A stretch of 63,661 nucleotides of DNA, counting the filler, from Octopus bimaculoides (taxonomy: Eukaryota): assembly GCF_001194135.2 (NCBI RefSeq). It is 6 parts of 5 records of this genome, joined end to end, with 100 filler letters (N's around TTAATTAATTAA, not from the genome) between each part and the next. Parts side by side here need not be neighbours in the genome. Positions count along the whole stretch, not along the records: positions 32,556 to 53,839 come from NC_068982.1; 5 more parts are not named here. One strand, 5' to 3'. A program made the translations under genes and the position numbers. The notes below the pieces were generated by a model. That model was given only the letters and a program-made list of their open reading frames with translations. It was not told the DNA's origin and made no database searches. Numbering within the stretch: position 1 is the stretch's first letter; every line of letters starts with the position of its first letter. This document shows, one piece after another, positions 34,802 to 49,695 of the stretch.

Positions 34802-37800
34802 NNNNNNNNNNNNNNNNNNNNNNNNNNNNNNNNNNNNNNNNNNNNNNNNNNNNNNNNNNNNNNNNNNNNNNNNNNNNNNNNNNNNNNNNNNNNNNNNNNN
34901 NNNNNNNNNNNNNNNNNNNNNNNNNNNNNNNNNNNNNNNNNNNNNNNNNNNNNNNNNNNNNNNNNNNNNNNNNNNNNNNNNNNNNNNNNNNNNNNNNNNN
35001 NNNNNNNNNNNNNNNNNNNNNNNNNNNNNNNNNNNNNNNNNNNNNNNNNNNNNNNNNNNNNNNNNNNNNNNNNNNNNNNNNNNNNNNNNNNNNNNNCATG
35101 CAAGTGCGCGCGCATATGTGTTATATAATTCTGTTTATGAATATGTGTGTCCGCACATATGTGAGTGTGTATCTCAATACCTTCTACTAGACAAATTATG
35201 ACCCATCCAGAACAAGAACAAATTTACTTATCTTTAATACGTTCCTGCAAATGTCTATAGGTAAATTTATCTAGATGAGAAAATAATTCATTAAAAGACA
35301 TCGTTCTTTTTATAAAGTACAGAATTCTTCAAAGAATTACTGTTTCATGAATAGATACTTTCATGTATTCTACAAATATCTCAAATTCCCGTTTAATATC
35401 GAATATGAATATTTTTACAACAGCTTCAAAGCAAATTTTATGTTTTAGCTTAAGCGATTGTCTACATCCTTTTTGGCATCTATCATCTTAATACAAGCAA
35501 TTAGTAATTAAATCGAAAGTAAATACTTGCCATCAATTTTTACAGACCTGTGTATCGTTTGGGACTAATGATATAAGAAAATCTTACATAGATGGCAGGC
35601 ACAAATCATCTAGCAAAGGAAATTCATAATTAAGGTGGTAAAAATTTATCGATTCCTTGTTTTGGAGTGTGGTCTATTAAGAGACAAACAGGTGCAATTT
35701 TTAATAGACAAACATAGATACAAATTAACCAATTTTCTTATTTTATTAATACCTTTGTGATATAGTGTATTTCGCTTTTGCTCCAAATCTGCGTGTTTAA
35801 CAGAATACTGTTCAAAATGCATGACTGCATTCAGTATATCCTTTTTCAATGATGCATTATATGGGATCTTACATTTCTCTCTTCCTGAGAAATGCTAAAC
35901 ATTCTCCTCGGTTTGTAAGAAAGGATTTGCCCATAAAATCGTTCTCTCTATTGTACACAATTGGCATTATTTCTTTCTTTAAGCTAAATATATGCACAGC
36001 CCATATCTGTCTAGTAAATTCCTTAGACAGAACCACTATGTTTGTAAAGATTTAGTCTGCAGCAACTCAGTCTCACTCAGCTAGATAGTACAAGTTATAT
36101 GAAATGTTTATTGCAGAAATGATGAAAAAAAACACGTTATGATTGATATATTTTGATTTGATTACTGATGTATCATAAGAATAAATATAACAATATCAAA
36201 TATTGAAAAGAGATATTTTTCAGGATTTTTATATATCGTTGGATGATTGGAACGTTTTAATTTTTCAAAAAGTACCTGAATTTCAGAGGTCAGCTTTCAA
36301 ACTTAACATCATAATTTATCTCTCTAATTACAAACAAATAAATAAATTGCTTTCTTATAACGAGGAATATTTTTAAAAAATGGACTCTTACATCAGTTTA
36401 TACTATAATGGCACCCTAATCGAGTTAATTTGTATCACTCCATGATTACAGCTTATATACAACATTTATTCTATTTAGACAAATGTAATGCATCTTAATA
36501 ATTCTAAATATTTGTCTAAGTTCAAGGGTTTTTCAGAAATCTCTTTAACATGAAAAAGAAAAAGGAGATACTATTTAAATGGATATTTGAACCGCCCTGT
36601 TCTCCATATCCCTCTCTCTCTCTTTCTCTCTCTCACACAATCTCTCTATCTACCAATCTACCTAACTGCCTGCTTGTGCGTGCGCGCGCGCCTGTGTGCT
36701 TATAGATAGATAAATAGTTAGTTAGTTAGTTAGATAGATAGATAGATAGATAGATAGACAGATAGATATATATATATAGATAGATAGATAGATAGATACA
36801 TTCGTATAGTATTTACTACTTCTTCAAGATCCATAGTCTCTCTGGAGATTTTAACAGTTGTTTTTCCTTAACTATTTTCATTTTTCCATGTTTATCACCG
36901 GTGAAGAAACGCTCCAGTCTTCGAGAAGTGCCCATATATATAATAAATGCCTCTTGCCCTTCTAAGTGCTTCATTTAAGTAAATTATGTCAGCCAATTCT
37001 TCCCTATAGCTTACACACTCCTTCCAATATCCCCATAAGTTTTTAACGTACACGACATTTCACCAGTTTTGTGTACATAATCTTTCCCCCGGTTTTAATC
37101 AATGTTCTCTTATGTAATTACCTTTCCAGCATTTTCTCTCCATTTTTCGTCTGACTCGTTCTGCTCTCCCCGAGCTCACACCTTTTCTCCAAATTTATTT
37201 TCGTTGGCTGATAACTTCCTACCATATAATAGATTCTCAGCTCCATTAATTTGCGCACTATTCTATCACAAACATGACATTCGTCTTGCCTTGTCTTCTA
37301 ATTCACACTCACAACAGCTTCCGCCTACTCCCTTACACGCTTTCTACACCTACATACAATTATTACACAAATACACTAACACCCCGCAACTCCACAAACC
37401 TATGCGACTATACTTCCGCTGCTGCACACTCCTGCATACATATACACACTTCAAAAGACTACACAAATCTATACCACCCATCTCTTATGATTATCTTTAA
37501 ATTTTCATAAACTACTATACTTGCACATAACACACCCCAACTTCTCCTTCATGTAACCCCATTTCCACTTGCTTCCTAACCCTTCACTCGTTCTAATCCG
37601 TAGGTCACTTTGCTTGGTTTTTACTCACCCCCTACATTCCTATTACCTCCTTTCTATTTAGCCGTTAAGCTAATACCAGTGTTTGCTACAAATTTTGTTC
37701 TCATGTCTTTGCTTTCCTTTTTCATTGTCCATATATACGTACAAACACACATACGAACATACGTTCACACACATACACACACACACATATTTATATACAT

Positions 37801-38647
37801 GTAGTATTACACTTACTGATTAGAAAACATTATATAATAACTTTTTCTTTCTAACCATGGCTATAGATTGTTTGCAGGTGATTCTTTTAGAAGATGGGCT
37901 CCAATTTGTTCAAGACATTTTACATAATTTTTCATTAAGAACTATTTAGTCTTTCCTTAATTATATTGAATCATATCTTTCAATCATAATATATGCACTA
38001 TATGCAATATATATATTTTAAATATCACATGTATGCAAGTATGTATGAATAAATATATAAGTATGTGTGTATATGTGTGTGTGTGTTTCTGTTGTGTGTG
38101 GGATACGTGTGTATGTATATTGTTTGTAGGGTGTGCGTGTGTATATATATTATTTGTTTATAGTGGCATTGTTTTACTTTAGATTCCATGTTATGTGCAT
38201 CCTCAAGAGCAGTATATTCTCATTAAAATTTTAGAAGTGTATTCATATAGAAGATAACAAGAAAATCAATAAACTCTTTTAATATACAAAGTAATGAATT
38301 GTATCACGAAATATGAAACAATATTCATAATTCATGAGAGCGCTTGATGTACGAGTTAATAAGTGTGTTTACAGGTATGAAAATGTGCGTGTACGCAGGA
38401 AAAATGTAAAGATCTTATGCCAGTCAGGTTTTTATCTTCGACTGAAAACATTTCAACACAGCAAAACAAGACAAAATACATTTTCAAACGCCTTCAATAT
38501 TGGGTAATATTACGTATGTACTTTTTCACCGTGTTTTGCATTTCTTCCCCGTGTTCTTCATCCAACCATTAAATGAATTAAGACAGTTTCAACGTGATTA
38601 CAGTTCTTTTGTAAAAGAATATCTTGATTTTATATATTTATAATATT

Positions 38648-39318
38648 CTTTTCTACTCTAGGCACAAAGTCCGAAATTTTGGGGGAGGAGGCCAGTCGAT
38701 TAGATCGACCTCAGTCCGCAACTGGTACTTGCTTTATCGACCATAAAAAGATGAAATGCAAAGTCGACTTTGGCGGAATTTGAACTCAGAACGTAGCGAC
38801 AGACAAAATACCTCTAAGCATTTCGCCCGGCGTGCTTAGCGATTCTGCCAGCTCGCCGCCTTTATATATTCTTTTCTAGTCTAAACACAAGGCTCGAAAT
38901 TTTGGAGGAGGGATCCAGTCGATTAGATCGACCTCAGTACGCAACTGGTACTTAATTTATCGATCCTGAAATGGTGAAAGGCAAAGTCGACAACGGCGGA
39001 ATTTGAACACAGAACGTAAAGACTGAGGAAATACCGCTAAGCGGTTAGCCCGGCGCGCTAGCGTTTATTATTTCTTTACTGCCCACAAGGGGATACACAC
39101 AATGAGGGCAAACAAGGACAGACAAACGGATTAAGTCGATTATATCTACGCCAATGCGTAACTGGTACTTATTTAATCGACCCCGAATGGATGAAATGCA
39201 AAGTCGACCTCAGCGGAATTTGAACTCAGAACGTAACGGCAGACGAAATACCGCTAAGCATTTCGCTCAGCATGCTAACGTTTCTGCCTGCTAACGTTTC
39301 TGCCAGCACGCTGCCTTA
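38648..39318 (-). mobile_element. Three tandem SINE family 1 copies (the third with tail beta)
   Basis: 38648-38863, 38866-39063 and 39064-39318. Confidence 0.9.
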
Positions 39319-40825
39319 TATCTTAATAAAAAAATTTTAATATCAATTTTTATTTGACTCAAAACAATCCTTCTAGGTGTACCTGTGAGGCATGATTTGG
39401 AGTTTGTTTCAGACATGCGCAAATTTCGAATTTCAATGACTGTTATTTAATAATTATAATTTTGATCAAAACAGTGTTTAATTATTATATCTGAGATGTT
39501 GCATAATACTTGTGAAGGTTATCATATTTTAAACCTTAATACATGATTTTATCAATAACACACCGTATTTTATATATGTATGTGTGCGTGTGTGCGCATG
39601 TGTGTGCGCATGTGTGTGTGCACGCGCGTGTATAATGCTGTAGTCAGATCTAACGTGATCGTGCTGCAGAGAGTTGGTTAGCCTCAAGTCTTACCACATA
39701 GAAAAAGCTTGCATAGATAACACAATGTACATAATAATCGATCTATAAAGCTTATTAAGCAATGCATGAAATACCATTTTCCCGTATCGAATTTGAGAGA
39801 AATTCCGCAAAATTTGCTTTTTCTCTTTGCGATTACATTATGACAATGGTCTCATAAACGGCGTGTAGAAAAACAGCTGAAATAAATGAAGACAGAAGGG
39901 CTATATAGCAACTTCAATTTACGTAGAATGTGTTGGTTGTGTCTGTGAAATGTGAGCAAAACACAACCTTTATATTCCGTTCGCCCGCATACACCAAATC
40001 TGTATATTCTATAATCTCTGTTAACCTGGATATGCATCGGTCTTCATTATAAGAGAACCCTAATTGAATTAATTTGCATCACTACATGATGCATAAATGT
40101 GTAGACGTGTGTGTGACTGTATGTGTGCGCGCGTGCGTGTGTATGTTTGTGTGTGTGTGTACAGCCGCAATACAACGATGCTCACACCAGCAGTGATTCG
40201 CACAATCGCACGATATACACTCATATATGCACACGCGAATATCTGCATACATTTGAATATATACCTATTTGATGTTTTACACGTGTATATGTATATGTGT
40301 ATGTATGTGTGGGTGTGTGTGTGTATGTGTGTGTGTGCGTGTGTGCGTGCGCGTGTGTGTATGTAGGCATATGTAAATCTATACGTCCTGATTGTTGTTC
40401 ATACACCAGCACTCTGACAATGATTGGCGAGGAGAGAATTTGCTAAGTCTGGTCGACTGCAGAAAGAAACAGAAACTTCTGCGCATGTGTTTTTGAGACG
40501 AGTTTAACATTTCTGTCGACATACATTAGGTTAATATGTTTGTTCATTGAAATCCACGAACTACTATACGCGAGCTTTCCTGTGAGTAGCAAAATGTTTG
40601 TGTACGTACACATACGTGCAGATACGCACTCGTACAAAATCACACGCATACATATAAGGGAGTGTATGTATGCCTGTTTATGTGTATGTATTATTATGTA
40701 GTGCGTGTGCTTTCTGCGTTTTTGTTCTTGCCTATATATATATAAATAGANNNNNNNNNNNNNNNNNNNNNNNNNNNNNNNNNNNNNNNNNNNNNNNNNN
40801 NNNNNNNNNNNNNNNNNNNNNNNNN

Positions 40826-40899
<74 letters not shown>

Positions 40900-42062
40900 T
40901 TTCATTTCAAATATATCTACCTCTGAGTTATCTCTTCGTACATACATACATAAAGACATACATACATATACTTACATGTTTGTAAGCATACGTGTGTGGG
41001 AATGTGTGTGTGTGTGTGTGTGTGTGTGCGTGCGTGTATGTGTGTGTGAAAGTCTGTGTGTATTTATTTACGTGTATGTGTGTATGCCAGTTTGTGTGTA
41101 TTATTTATAAACACATCAATGTAAAAAGTATAGAACTCGACACACTGCTGGAGCAAAATATCTTGAGAAAAACGACATTTTAATAGGCTGTAAATATCAG
41201 AATAATTTCCAGAAAGAATGAAACATTAATAGTATAAATAGACAAAATCATATAATTTAATCTCACGATGGCTCCTTCGTAGACAGCTGTAATAGTAGCA
41301 ACCTAATTCTTAGAACAGCTACTGTTACTAAACAAATATATTTATAACAGTTGGAGCGAGTCGATTCAAGATGAGGAAAGAAATAAACAAAAAAACATAA
41401 TTTAATATAATTTCTCTTTAGCAAATATCAATATTTCGTTTTATTATATCTCCATTTCAACATTTCTTTCTGTTGAAATTGATTCCATTCAATATTTTCG
41501 AATAAAATTACAGATAGAATAGCAACATTAAAAGAAATATATTACAATTATTATTTCCTTCGTATAGTATTTAAGTCTTTAATGTTCCTTGCTTTTGCAT
41601 TCCTGTCACTTGAGTAATATAGTATTAATATCACGTGAAAAGAAAAACATATCAAATATAAGTAGATGCATACGATCAATGTGCAAGGAGAAGTGCTGAG
41701 GTTTCGTGTATAATAGAAAGACAGATTGAAATACGCTTTCAGACCCTTTTATTTAGCGAAGTATAAGTGAAACAAATTGCTGAAAGTATGGTAATATTAG
41801 ATGAGAATGAATATAAGAAAAAGTAAGCGAAACGTTTAACGAATATACAAAACAATGTCTGCGCGAGTTGGGACTTTGGAACAGTATATGTATGTTGTGT
41901 GGTAATTCACTAAAAACGCGCTATCATATATATTTGTGTCTAATGTAAACGCGAAGATTACGACGAGAATACATCTCAACTTGTCTGATGCAAGATTATT
42001 GTTCCTTGTCTAAACTGAATATACAAAAAAAGAAAAAAAAACGACAGATGCATATAAGTTCA

Positions 42063-42099
<37 letters not shown>

Positions 42100-42130
42100 A
42101 CACGCGTGTACAGATTTATATGTGTGTATA

Positions 42131-42192
<62 letters not shown>

Positions 42193-43067
42193 CACAAATA
42201 TATATCGTTTGCGCATCTATTAGATGATTAACTCATTATGTGTGTGCATGTGTGTGTGTGCGTGTGTGTTTAATACAAATATAAATAACCATACACTCAC
42301 ATACACTCACGCTCTCACAGAAGTAAGTCCCTATATTTCGATGATTTGGACACTAGTATGAAACTTATGTCATATAATTATTACAGAGAGAATATACTCA
42401 ATACAATTCACGGATTTGAATAATACTTATTTCTATGTCTCAAGCTACTGCTATCTTGCACCTTCCAATGATTTCTACTCAACCGCTACACAACTGCTAC
42501 TCGACTGCTCCTCAACACTCCTACCACGGCCAGACTACCTCTATTTATTTGTAATGGGAGATCCTACTTCTTCGCCTGGGGGCGTCGAAACAACACTTAT
42601 ACAAAACAAATTATTTTAGCGTTGCTGCAAAAATTAATGTTCATGGTTAGCAGGAATTAACATGAGAGCATTTGCTACTGATAATATTTCATTTGCCCAT
42701 TTCCAGATTTGCCGTAACTGTCGTTTGTCGTTTTGTGTTAAAATAATTACATATTTCATGCATTACTACAATATTTGCCCTGAGCCGTTTACTATTTATT
42801 TGGATATTCCGTATTCTAAATTAAAAAAAAAAAATCATCTTTTCCATCCCTTCATATTAATGATTGGATTGTCTAAATATGAAATGCTGCTGGTGATTAT
42901 TAGCCCACTGATGCAATACCCAAGCAGGCTTGCGTTAAAAAGATTTCAAGCAATGACTTACTTTTCTTTCCTTCATTTATTTATTCATTCATCCATTTCT
43001 TTCTTTCTTTCTTTCTTTCTTTCTTTTTTTTCTTACTTTCTTTCTTTCTTTTTTTCTTACTTTCTTA

Positions 43068-43100
<33 letters not shown>

Positions 43101-45086
43101 TTATTTTCTTTCGTTCTACCTTTCTTTCCTCCCTTCTTTGGCGCTTTCTTTCTTTCTTTTTGTTATGTATTGCTGTTTTGCTCGCGTCTTCGTTGTTGCA
43201 TATCTATTTTCTCACGTTTGTTAGCCTACACACATGTATACTCATCCAAGTGTACAAATTATAGATCTAATTTAGTCGACCTTACAAATCAGTCTTGCTC
43301 TGCGTATCCTATAAATAAACAGATATTATTGAAAAGCATGGTTAAGACAAGAATCGCCATTTTTCTCTCCATAACAGGCATCTCTGAGGAAAGACGCCAG
43401 ATACTGTATCATTTGTCTTGAGATAATGTCTTATTGACTTGATATTTTTGAAACACAAAAAATACAAGAAGAGAGAAAAAAAACGTTCGTATCAGCATCG
43501 GCCAGGAATGGCACCAGATGCACTTCAACATTTTGGAGTCTCTCCAACGATGCGTAATAGCATTCGTCGTCTCTGATACAAGGAAACGTTGATAAAATAT
43601 TCACCGATCCTACTATTAGTGGTCTGGTTGACTGGAATCGTGTATACGCTATTAAGCCATTATATAAATCCATATAGTTAATATAGGCACATTGTCGAAT
43701 GACCTGTTACCACAGTGTTTGAGCGGGAGATAATAGCTGTCAAGGACATGTTGAGTTAAACACAATGTATACATTCGAGAAAGATACAGCAGTAACTGGA
43801 CAATCAACAATATCGGTGTATTACGTGATAGACAGAGATGGATATTTGAATTAAACACTGACTCAGTTACATATGACACATATATGTGCGGGTGTATCTG
43901 TGTGTGTCCGCGCGTCTATATTTACGTGTTTGAGAATGTGCGTGTTTATGTATGTATACACGCTGCGAAAAAAGTTATTATTGACCAAATCATGGCGTTA
44001 TTCTCTTTTGAGCAGTTTCCTCATGAGTTTCAGAGGTGCATAGAAAAAAAAAAATCCTAAGTAAACAATTGTGGTATCACTTGTGTATCTACTCATTTTT
44101 TAAGATTTATTTATGGTTTTTAAATTGTATATTCTATGCAAGTATGCGTATATAAGTGCATATAAATGTATGTGCTTATATATCTATGTGTGTACATATA
44201 TGCTATATATTCATGTGTATATGTGTAAACATNNNNNNNNNNNNNNNNNNNNNNNNNNNNNNNNNNNNNNNNNNNNNNNNNNNNNNNNNNNNNNNNNNNN
44301 NNNNNNNNNNNNNNNNNNNNNNNNNNNNNNNNNNNNNNNNNNNNNNNNNNNNNNNNNNNNNNNNNNNNNNNNNNNNNNNNNNNNNNNNNNNNNNNNNNNN
44401 NNNNNNNNNNNNNNNNNNNTATATATATATATATATGTATATATATACATGAATATATAGCATATATGTACACACATAGATATATAAGTAGATACATTTG
44501 GATAAAATGTATGTGTATCAAGGATAAAATCTATATAGGATTTTATTAAGTATATAGCATGTAAGAAAATATTTAGGTAAAAATTAATAAAAGCATTTAA
44601 TTTTATAAATATAATTATAACAAGGGCAGCTACTGAGTAGCGCCACATGCTTGAAAAGACACCAAATGGCCCTAAAACTACCATATTTTCAGATACACAC
44701 GGGTTGAAAGCGGGGGAAGGAACTAAGATGTTTTTGCTTAAGTGTTTAGCCATAGATCGATTTCTGGTTTACTTTGAAATGTAACTTCTGTATCTTTACA
44801 CCACCTGATTTTCCAATTTTCGTTAGCATATCAAAACATCAAGACTATAAAGTCCTTAAAACATTCTCATTTCTTTCCAGATTGTTTCGGAAAATATTTG
44901 ACTCAATCGTATTCCCCGTGATCCATATAACATTTTCACTATTCTTAAAGCTACAAAGCTTTCCAAGATTATTTCAACAAAACACTGCTCCTATTCATAA
45001 ACAAAAGAAAACTTGACGCAGTCTAATGACTGAAACAAGTAAAGGGTAAAAGATACAGATGTGAATGCGTATCTATCTATCTATCT

Positions 45087-45503
45087 GAAAGGTCTAGAGA
45101 CAAAAGGTTTCCTCTCTGGGCAATCTCTCATCAACTCCTTCAAGTATCACCTGAAGAGGAAGGTGAGAGTAGAAATGGAAGCCTTGTCTAGTGAATGCTT
45201 CAAAAAGAGATGGGTGAATTTAGCAAGGATGGCACGTGTGAATGACGGAGCCACTTTGAGCATAACACTATAAAGGAGTAAAAAAAATCCCAAAAAGAAA
45301 CAAAAAGGCAAAAGAGAGTCACTTACTGTTATGACAATATTGACCAAGGTTACCGTGGTCTTTTCCGTAGGCTTTTCTTTCCACGGCTAAACCTAAACTG
45401 TCCTCCCCTTTTTACACGAGAACATTACTGTGATACACGATCCCTATTGATTGCTATTCGTTTTCGATCCCTTTTGATCGAACTCCCCACTTTTTTCCTT
45501 CCT
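45087..45503 (+). mobile_element. 3' end of an L1/Tx1-like LINE ORF2 plus 3' UTR, starting at a (TATC)n run
   Basis: SFKYHLKRKVRVEMEALSSECFKKRWV...TLSITL* resembles the F.KRW-type C-terminus of L1/Tx1 ORF2. The 3' end is lost in a gap. Clade assignment is by motif memory only. Confidence 0.45.
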
Positions 45504-46949
45504 NNNNNNNNNNNNNNNNNNNNNNNNNNNNNNNNNNNNNNNNNNNNNNNNNNNNNNNNNNNNNNNNNNNNNNNNNNNNNNNNNNNNNNNNNNNNNNNNN
45601 NNNNNNNNNNNNNNNNNNNNNNNNNNNNNNNNNNNNNNNNNNNNNNNNNNNNNNNNNNNNNNNNNNNNNNNNNNNNNNNNNNNNNNNNNNNNNNNNNNNN
45701 NNNNNNNNNNNNNNNNNNNNNNNNNNNNNNNNNNNNNNNNNNNNNNNNNNNNNNNNNNNNNNNNNNNNNNNNNNNNNNNNNNNNNNNNNNNNNNNNNNNN
45801 NNNNNNNNNNNNNNNNNNNNNNNNNNNNNNNNNNNNNNNNNNNNNNNNNNNNNTATATACATATATATATATATACATACTTACATACATACATACATAC
45901 ATACTTACATACATTTTTATTAATGCTTTCATACGTCTTTTGCTGTTTTCCTATATGTTCAATTTAACGTAAGATATGTGGAGATGCCGTAAAACTATTC
46001 AGAATTAAAATGCTTTATATCTCTCAAATATCATTTAATTTTGGTGCGAAGAATGATATTAACACTAAACTTATTTCGTTTGTCAAATTCGACATAACAG
46101 TAGACCATTTAAACTGAAACGTCTAAAGCATAGGTGTAAACATTTTTAAAAATTGGTTGTTTCTTTTCCACAAGCAACTACATGAATTTCGAAATCGTGA
46201 GAAAAGCTATTTCATTCGTCTGTAAGAATGATTTTATTGTCTCTTCGAGATTTTAGTGCTGAATAATTTGTTCACTCTTTTTATTAAATATAAAATTTGG
46301 TACCTAGAAAAATTTCAGTTTCACATAAAGCTGAATAAATATAATTTAATAGAAATAACCTACAACAAAACTGAAAGATTTTTCACGACGATTGATCATT
46401 ATTAGATTAATCTTGGCTGTGCTACGAATACAAATTTCTCTCTGCGATATTATTATGTGAGCACATCAAATTCTACTGGTATATAAAATTATATAATGTA
46501 ACCCGTTTATCGTTGTACAAATTTCTAGCACTGTTATTAATTTTCTTTTTGTTTTGTTTTCGTTTTACTTTCAGAAAGGAAATAACTGAATCAAGAACGA
46601 ACAGTCACATGTAACAAACTTTACTTTAATGTACATTTTATTTCAAATTTTGTTGTTTTTGAATGAGCTGCAGATTTTGCTGATGTTGCATTCTAAGTGT
46701 ATCTTCACTTGCTGTCATAAACGTGTCAAAAATGATAATCGATCACTAAATTCAAACACACACACACAAAACAAAGCGTATATATATATATATATATATA
46801 TATNNNNNNNNNNNNNNNNNNNNNNNNNNNNNNNNNNNNNNNNNNNNNNNNNNNNNNNNNNNNNNNNNNNNNNNNNNNNNNNNNNNNNNNNNNNNNNNNN
46901 NNNNNNNNNNNNNNNNNNNNNNNNNNNNNNNNNNNNNNNNNNNNNNNNN

Positions 46950-46987
<38 letters not shown>

Positions 46988-47069
46988 GGAAATAGATAGA
47001 TATATATAGATAGATAGATTGACTTATATATACATACATGCAAAAATGTATACGCATTTTTCATATTTT

Positions 47070-47270
47070 AGCTTTACATTATCTAGGCCATTAGACTGAA
47101 GCCATGCTGGAGCACCGGTTTGAAACATTTTAGTCCAACATATCGACCCTAGTAGGTATTCTTCATTTTTCTTATATCTGGTATTTATTCTATTGGATCC
47201 TTTTGTCGAACCGCTATACTACGAAGACGTGAGCACACCCACAGTGGTTGAAAAACACAGACACAAACAC
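47070..47270 (-). mobile_element. SINE family 2, 3' half
   Basis: gccatgctggagcaccgg...gtcgaaccgcta on the plus strand. Confidence 0.7.
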
Positions 47271-47323
47271 ACACATGTACATATACATAAATGCACATAT
47301 ATATCCATGTACATACACACATA

Positions 47324-47750
47324 TACATGGTCTGATCAATAACTATCCGCACTGCTATAGTATTGATGCTAAATGACTCAGAGTGAAGCCACTTGGCACA
47401 GACTAACCTTGAAGACTGATGTGCATGCGCACTAAGATTTGAGGTTTTAGCATACTTCCGCTGCTTACATCAGTGCTTCGAAGGAAGATATATAGACTGT
47501 GATGGTCACATTGACTATGCCTGGGGAAGCTGAACAGAGAATCTACATCAAATTTTGCAAACAGCTTGGCGATTCCTAATTGAATCAATCGGACAGTTTA
47601 TCACTAGAAAAAGAGGTTTCTGTTTTTAAAGATTGAATATATGAATTAGAGAAACGTTGGGTAAACGTCATAAGTGAACATAGATCATACTTTGATTAAA
47701 TAAATCAGTTCTTTAACACATCTGAAACATTTTATTGTTACCTTTCAATA
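47324..47750 (+). mobile_element. Mariner remnants (5' end with N-terminus, fused to a C-terminal piece)
   Basis: TA-CATGGTCTGATCAATAA TIR-like start, then EQRIYIKFCKQLG (mariner N-terminal motif), then YELEKRWVNVI...YFD* (mariner C-terminal motif). Confidence 0.6.
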
Positions 47751-48173
47751 CATTTCATGTCGTTGGGAGCCAAACTACTGACACATCTTGATCGGCGACA
47801 TATGCATATGAATGAATACATTGGGAGAGAAAGAGATAAATATAAACGTAATAAGATGGTGTTATAAGAAACACATAATGCTTCGGTTGGCTGCGTTAAT
47901 TAATATTCATTTCAAAAGTTGCTCACGTCACTAATGACTAATTTACACACTGTGGCCCGCTTCTCGCGAAATCACTGGCTGTTTGTATGACATTATAGAT
48001 GTGTGGGCGAGTCTCTGGCGCTTCGTGCTTGCGACTCCTTATGATCGGCAATAAGGTGAAATCCCGTGATATAGTCGTGTCATCTGATGACGCTGACGTG
48101 CGTGTTATAAAGAACACGTTAATTTTGAATCGGATGTGCTAATTTGTGTATGTGGTTATACGTGTGTATGTAT

Positions 48174-48215
<42 letters not shown>

Positions 48216-48939
48216 GTGTGTATGTATGTGCGTGTGTGGGTGTATCCTTGTGTACAACTACGATCTAGGCAGCTAGTACAGAGAATAAAATTTGGACAAT
48301 ATGCAATAAAATAACAATTTACTGGTATTGTAAGTTACACACTTTTTTCACATATCAATGTTACAAATAATTTCGATTTGATGGTAGTTTCCATACAACT
48401 CACTATAAGCAAATAATGCTGCTAAAAGTGCCGATAATAATAAAATGAAAAAGTATTAGCGGATTGGAACAGGCAGAATGTAAACTGCATATCGTTTTTT
48501 TAACTTGCTGAAGCTCATCATGTATGTAATTTGTAACGTACTCTCCTCAGCGCAGCTAATCATTACACTGAAAATATTACGAAGAAGTTTACGTTTTAAT
48601 GTGTAACTATTGGTGACAGATACAGTATTAATACAAAACGTCAATCATAATATCCAAATTAACGTGGATATATTGTTAAAGCATCGAATACGGGTTTTGT
48701 AACTTGAGAGGACATCTTATATAGATGTATGGTGCATGAACGCTTCTGTAATAATAATTATTTTTTAATAAGTTTGTCGGCTATTTGCAACATCAGGGCC
48801 TGAACGTTCACTGAAAGTCTATATATCGACGGCAATAATATTTGGAAGACAAGGGGCATGTCGAAATCACGTGTCCTGCCAAGCGATCCGTGTTTGTCAG
48901 AAAGATAAGTATTTTATTACTCTCTCTTCCTCACTCTCT

Positions 48940-48989
<50 letters not shown>

Positions 48990-49499
48990 GTCTGTCTGTA
49001 TGTCTGTCTATCTGTCTGCCTGTATATATGCATGTATGATGTATCTATGAATGTGCATATATAGCACACACATACATACCTTAATTGACAGTCCAAGTAT
49101 ATATATATATATATATATATATATNNNNNNNNNNNNNNNNNNNNNNNNNNNNNNNNNNNNNNNNNNNNNNNNNNNNNNNNNNNNNNNNNNNNNNNNNNNN
49201 NNNNNNNNNNNNNNNNNNNNNNNNNNNNNNNNNNNNNNNNNNNNNNNNNNNNNNNNNNNNNNNNNNNNNNNNNNNNNNNNNNNNNNNNNNNNNNNNNNNN
49301 NNNNNNNNNNNNNNNNNNNNNNNNNNNNNNNNNNNNNNNTATATATATATATATATGCATAGGCGTAGTCATGTCTCTGTGGCAAAAAGTTTGCTTCTTA
49401 TCCAAACTTTTCCGGGTACGTCGCACCTTATATCATTGTCTCCTACTATAGTCAACCAAAGCATTGTGAGTAGATTTGCTAGACTAAAACTGAAAAAAA

Positions 49500-49695
49500 G
49501 TGTCTGTTTGTCCACCCACCATTGTTTGACAATCGGTGTAGCCGTGTTTACGACCCCGTAAGCTAGCATTTCGGCAAGATATTCCGATAGAATAAGTAAG
49601 CAAATAAGTACTGGGATCGATTAATTCGACTAAAATCCTTCAAGGCGGTACCTCGCCATGGCTACAGTCTAATAATTGAAACAAGTAACAGACAA
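49500..49695 (+). mobile_element. SINE family 2, 3' half
   Basis: tgtctgtttgtcc...ttgacaatcgg...ccgatagaataagt...aaggcggtacctcgccatggctacagtc. Confidence 0.7.

Noticed and set aside
42380-42619. Open frame RIYSIQFTDLNNTYFYVSSYCYLAP... after a possible acceptor
   Set aside because: No recognisable domain and no convincing donor. Its length is within chance expectation.
43450-43680. Frame reading MRNSIRRL*YKETLIKYSPILLLVVWLTGIVYTLLSH, like a type II membrane anchor
   Set aside because: It has an internal stop, no continuation in any frame and no recognisable family.
48456-48567. Possible minus-strand terminal exon VMISCAEESTLQITYMMSFSKLKKRYAVYILPVPIR*
   Set aside because: No homology recognised, no linked upstream exon and no clear poly(A) signal.
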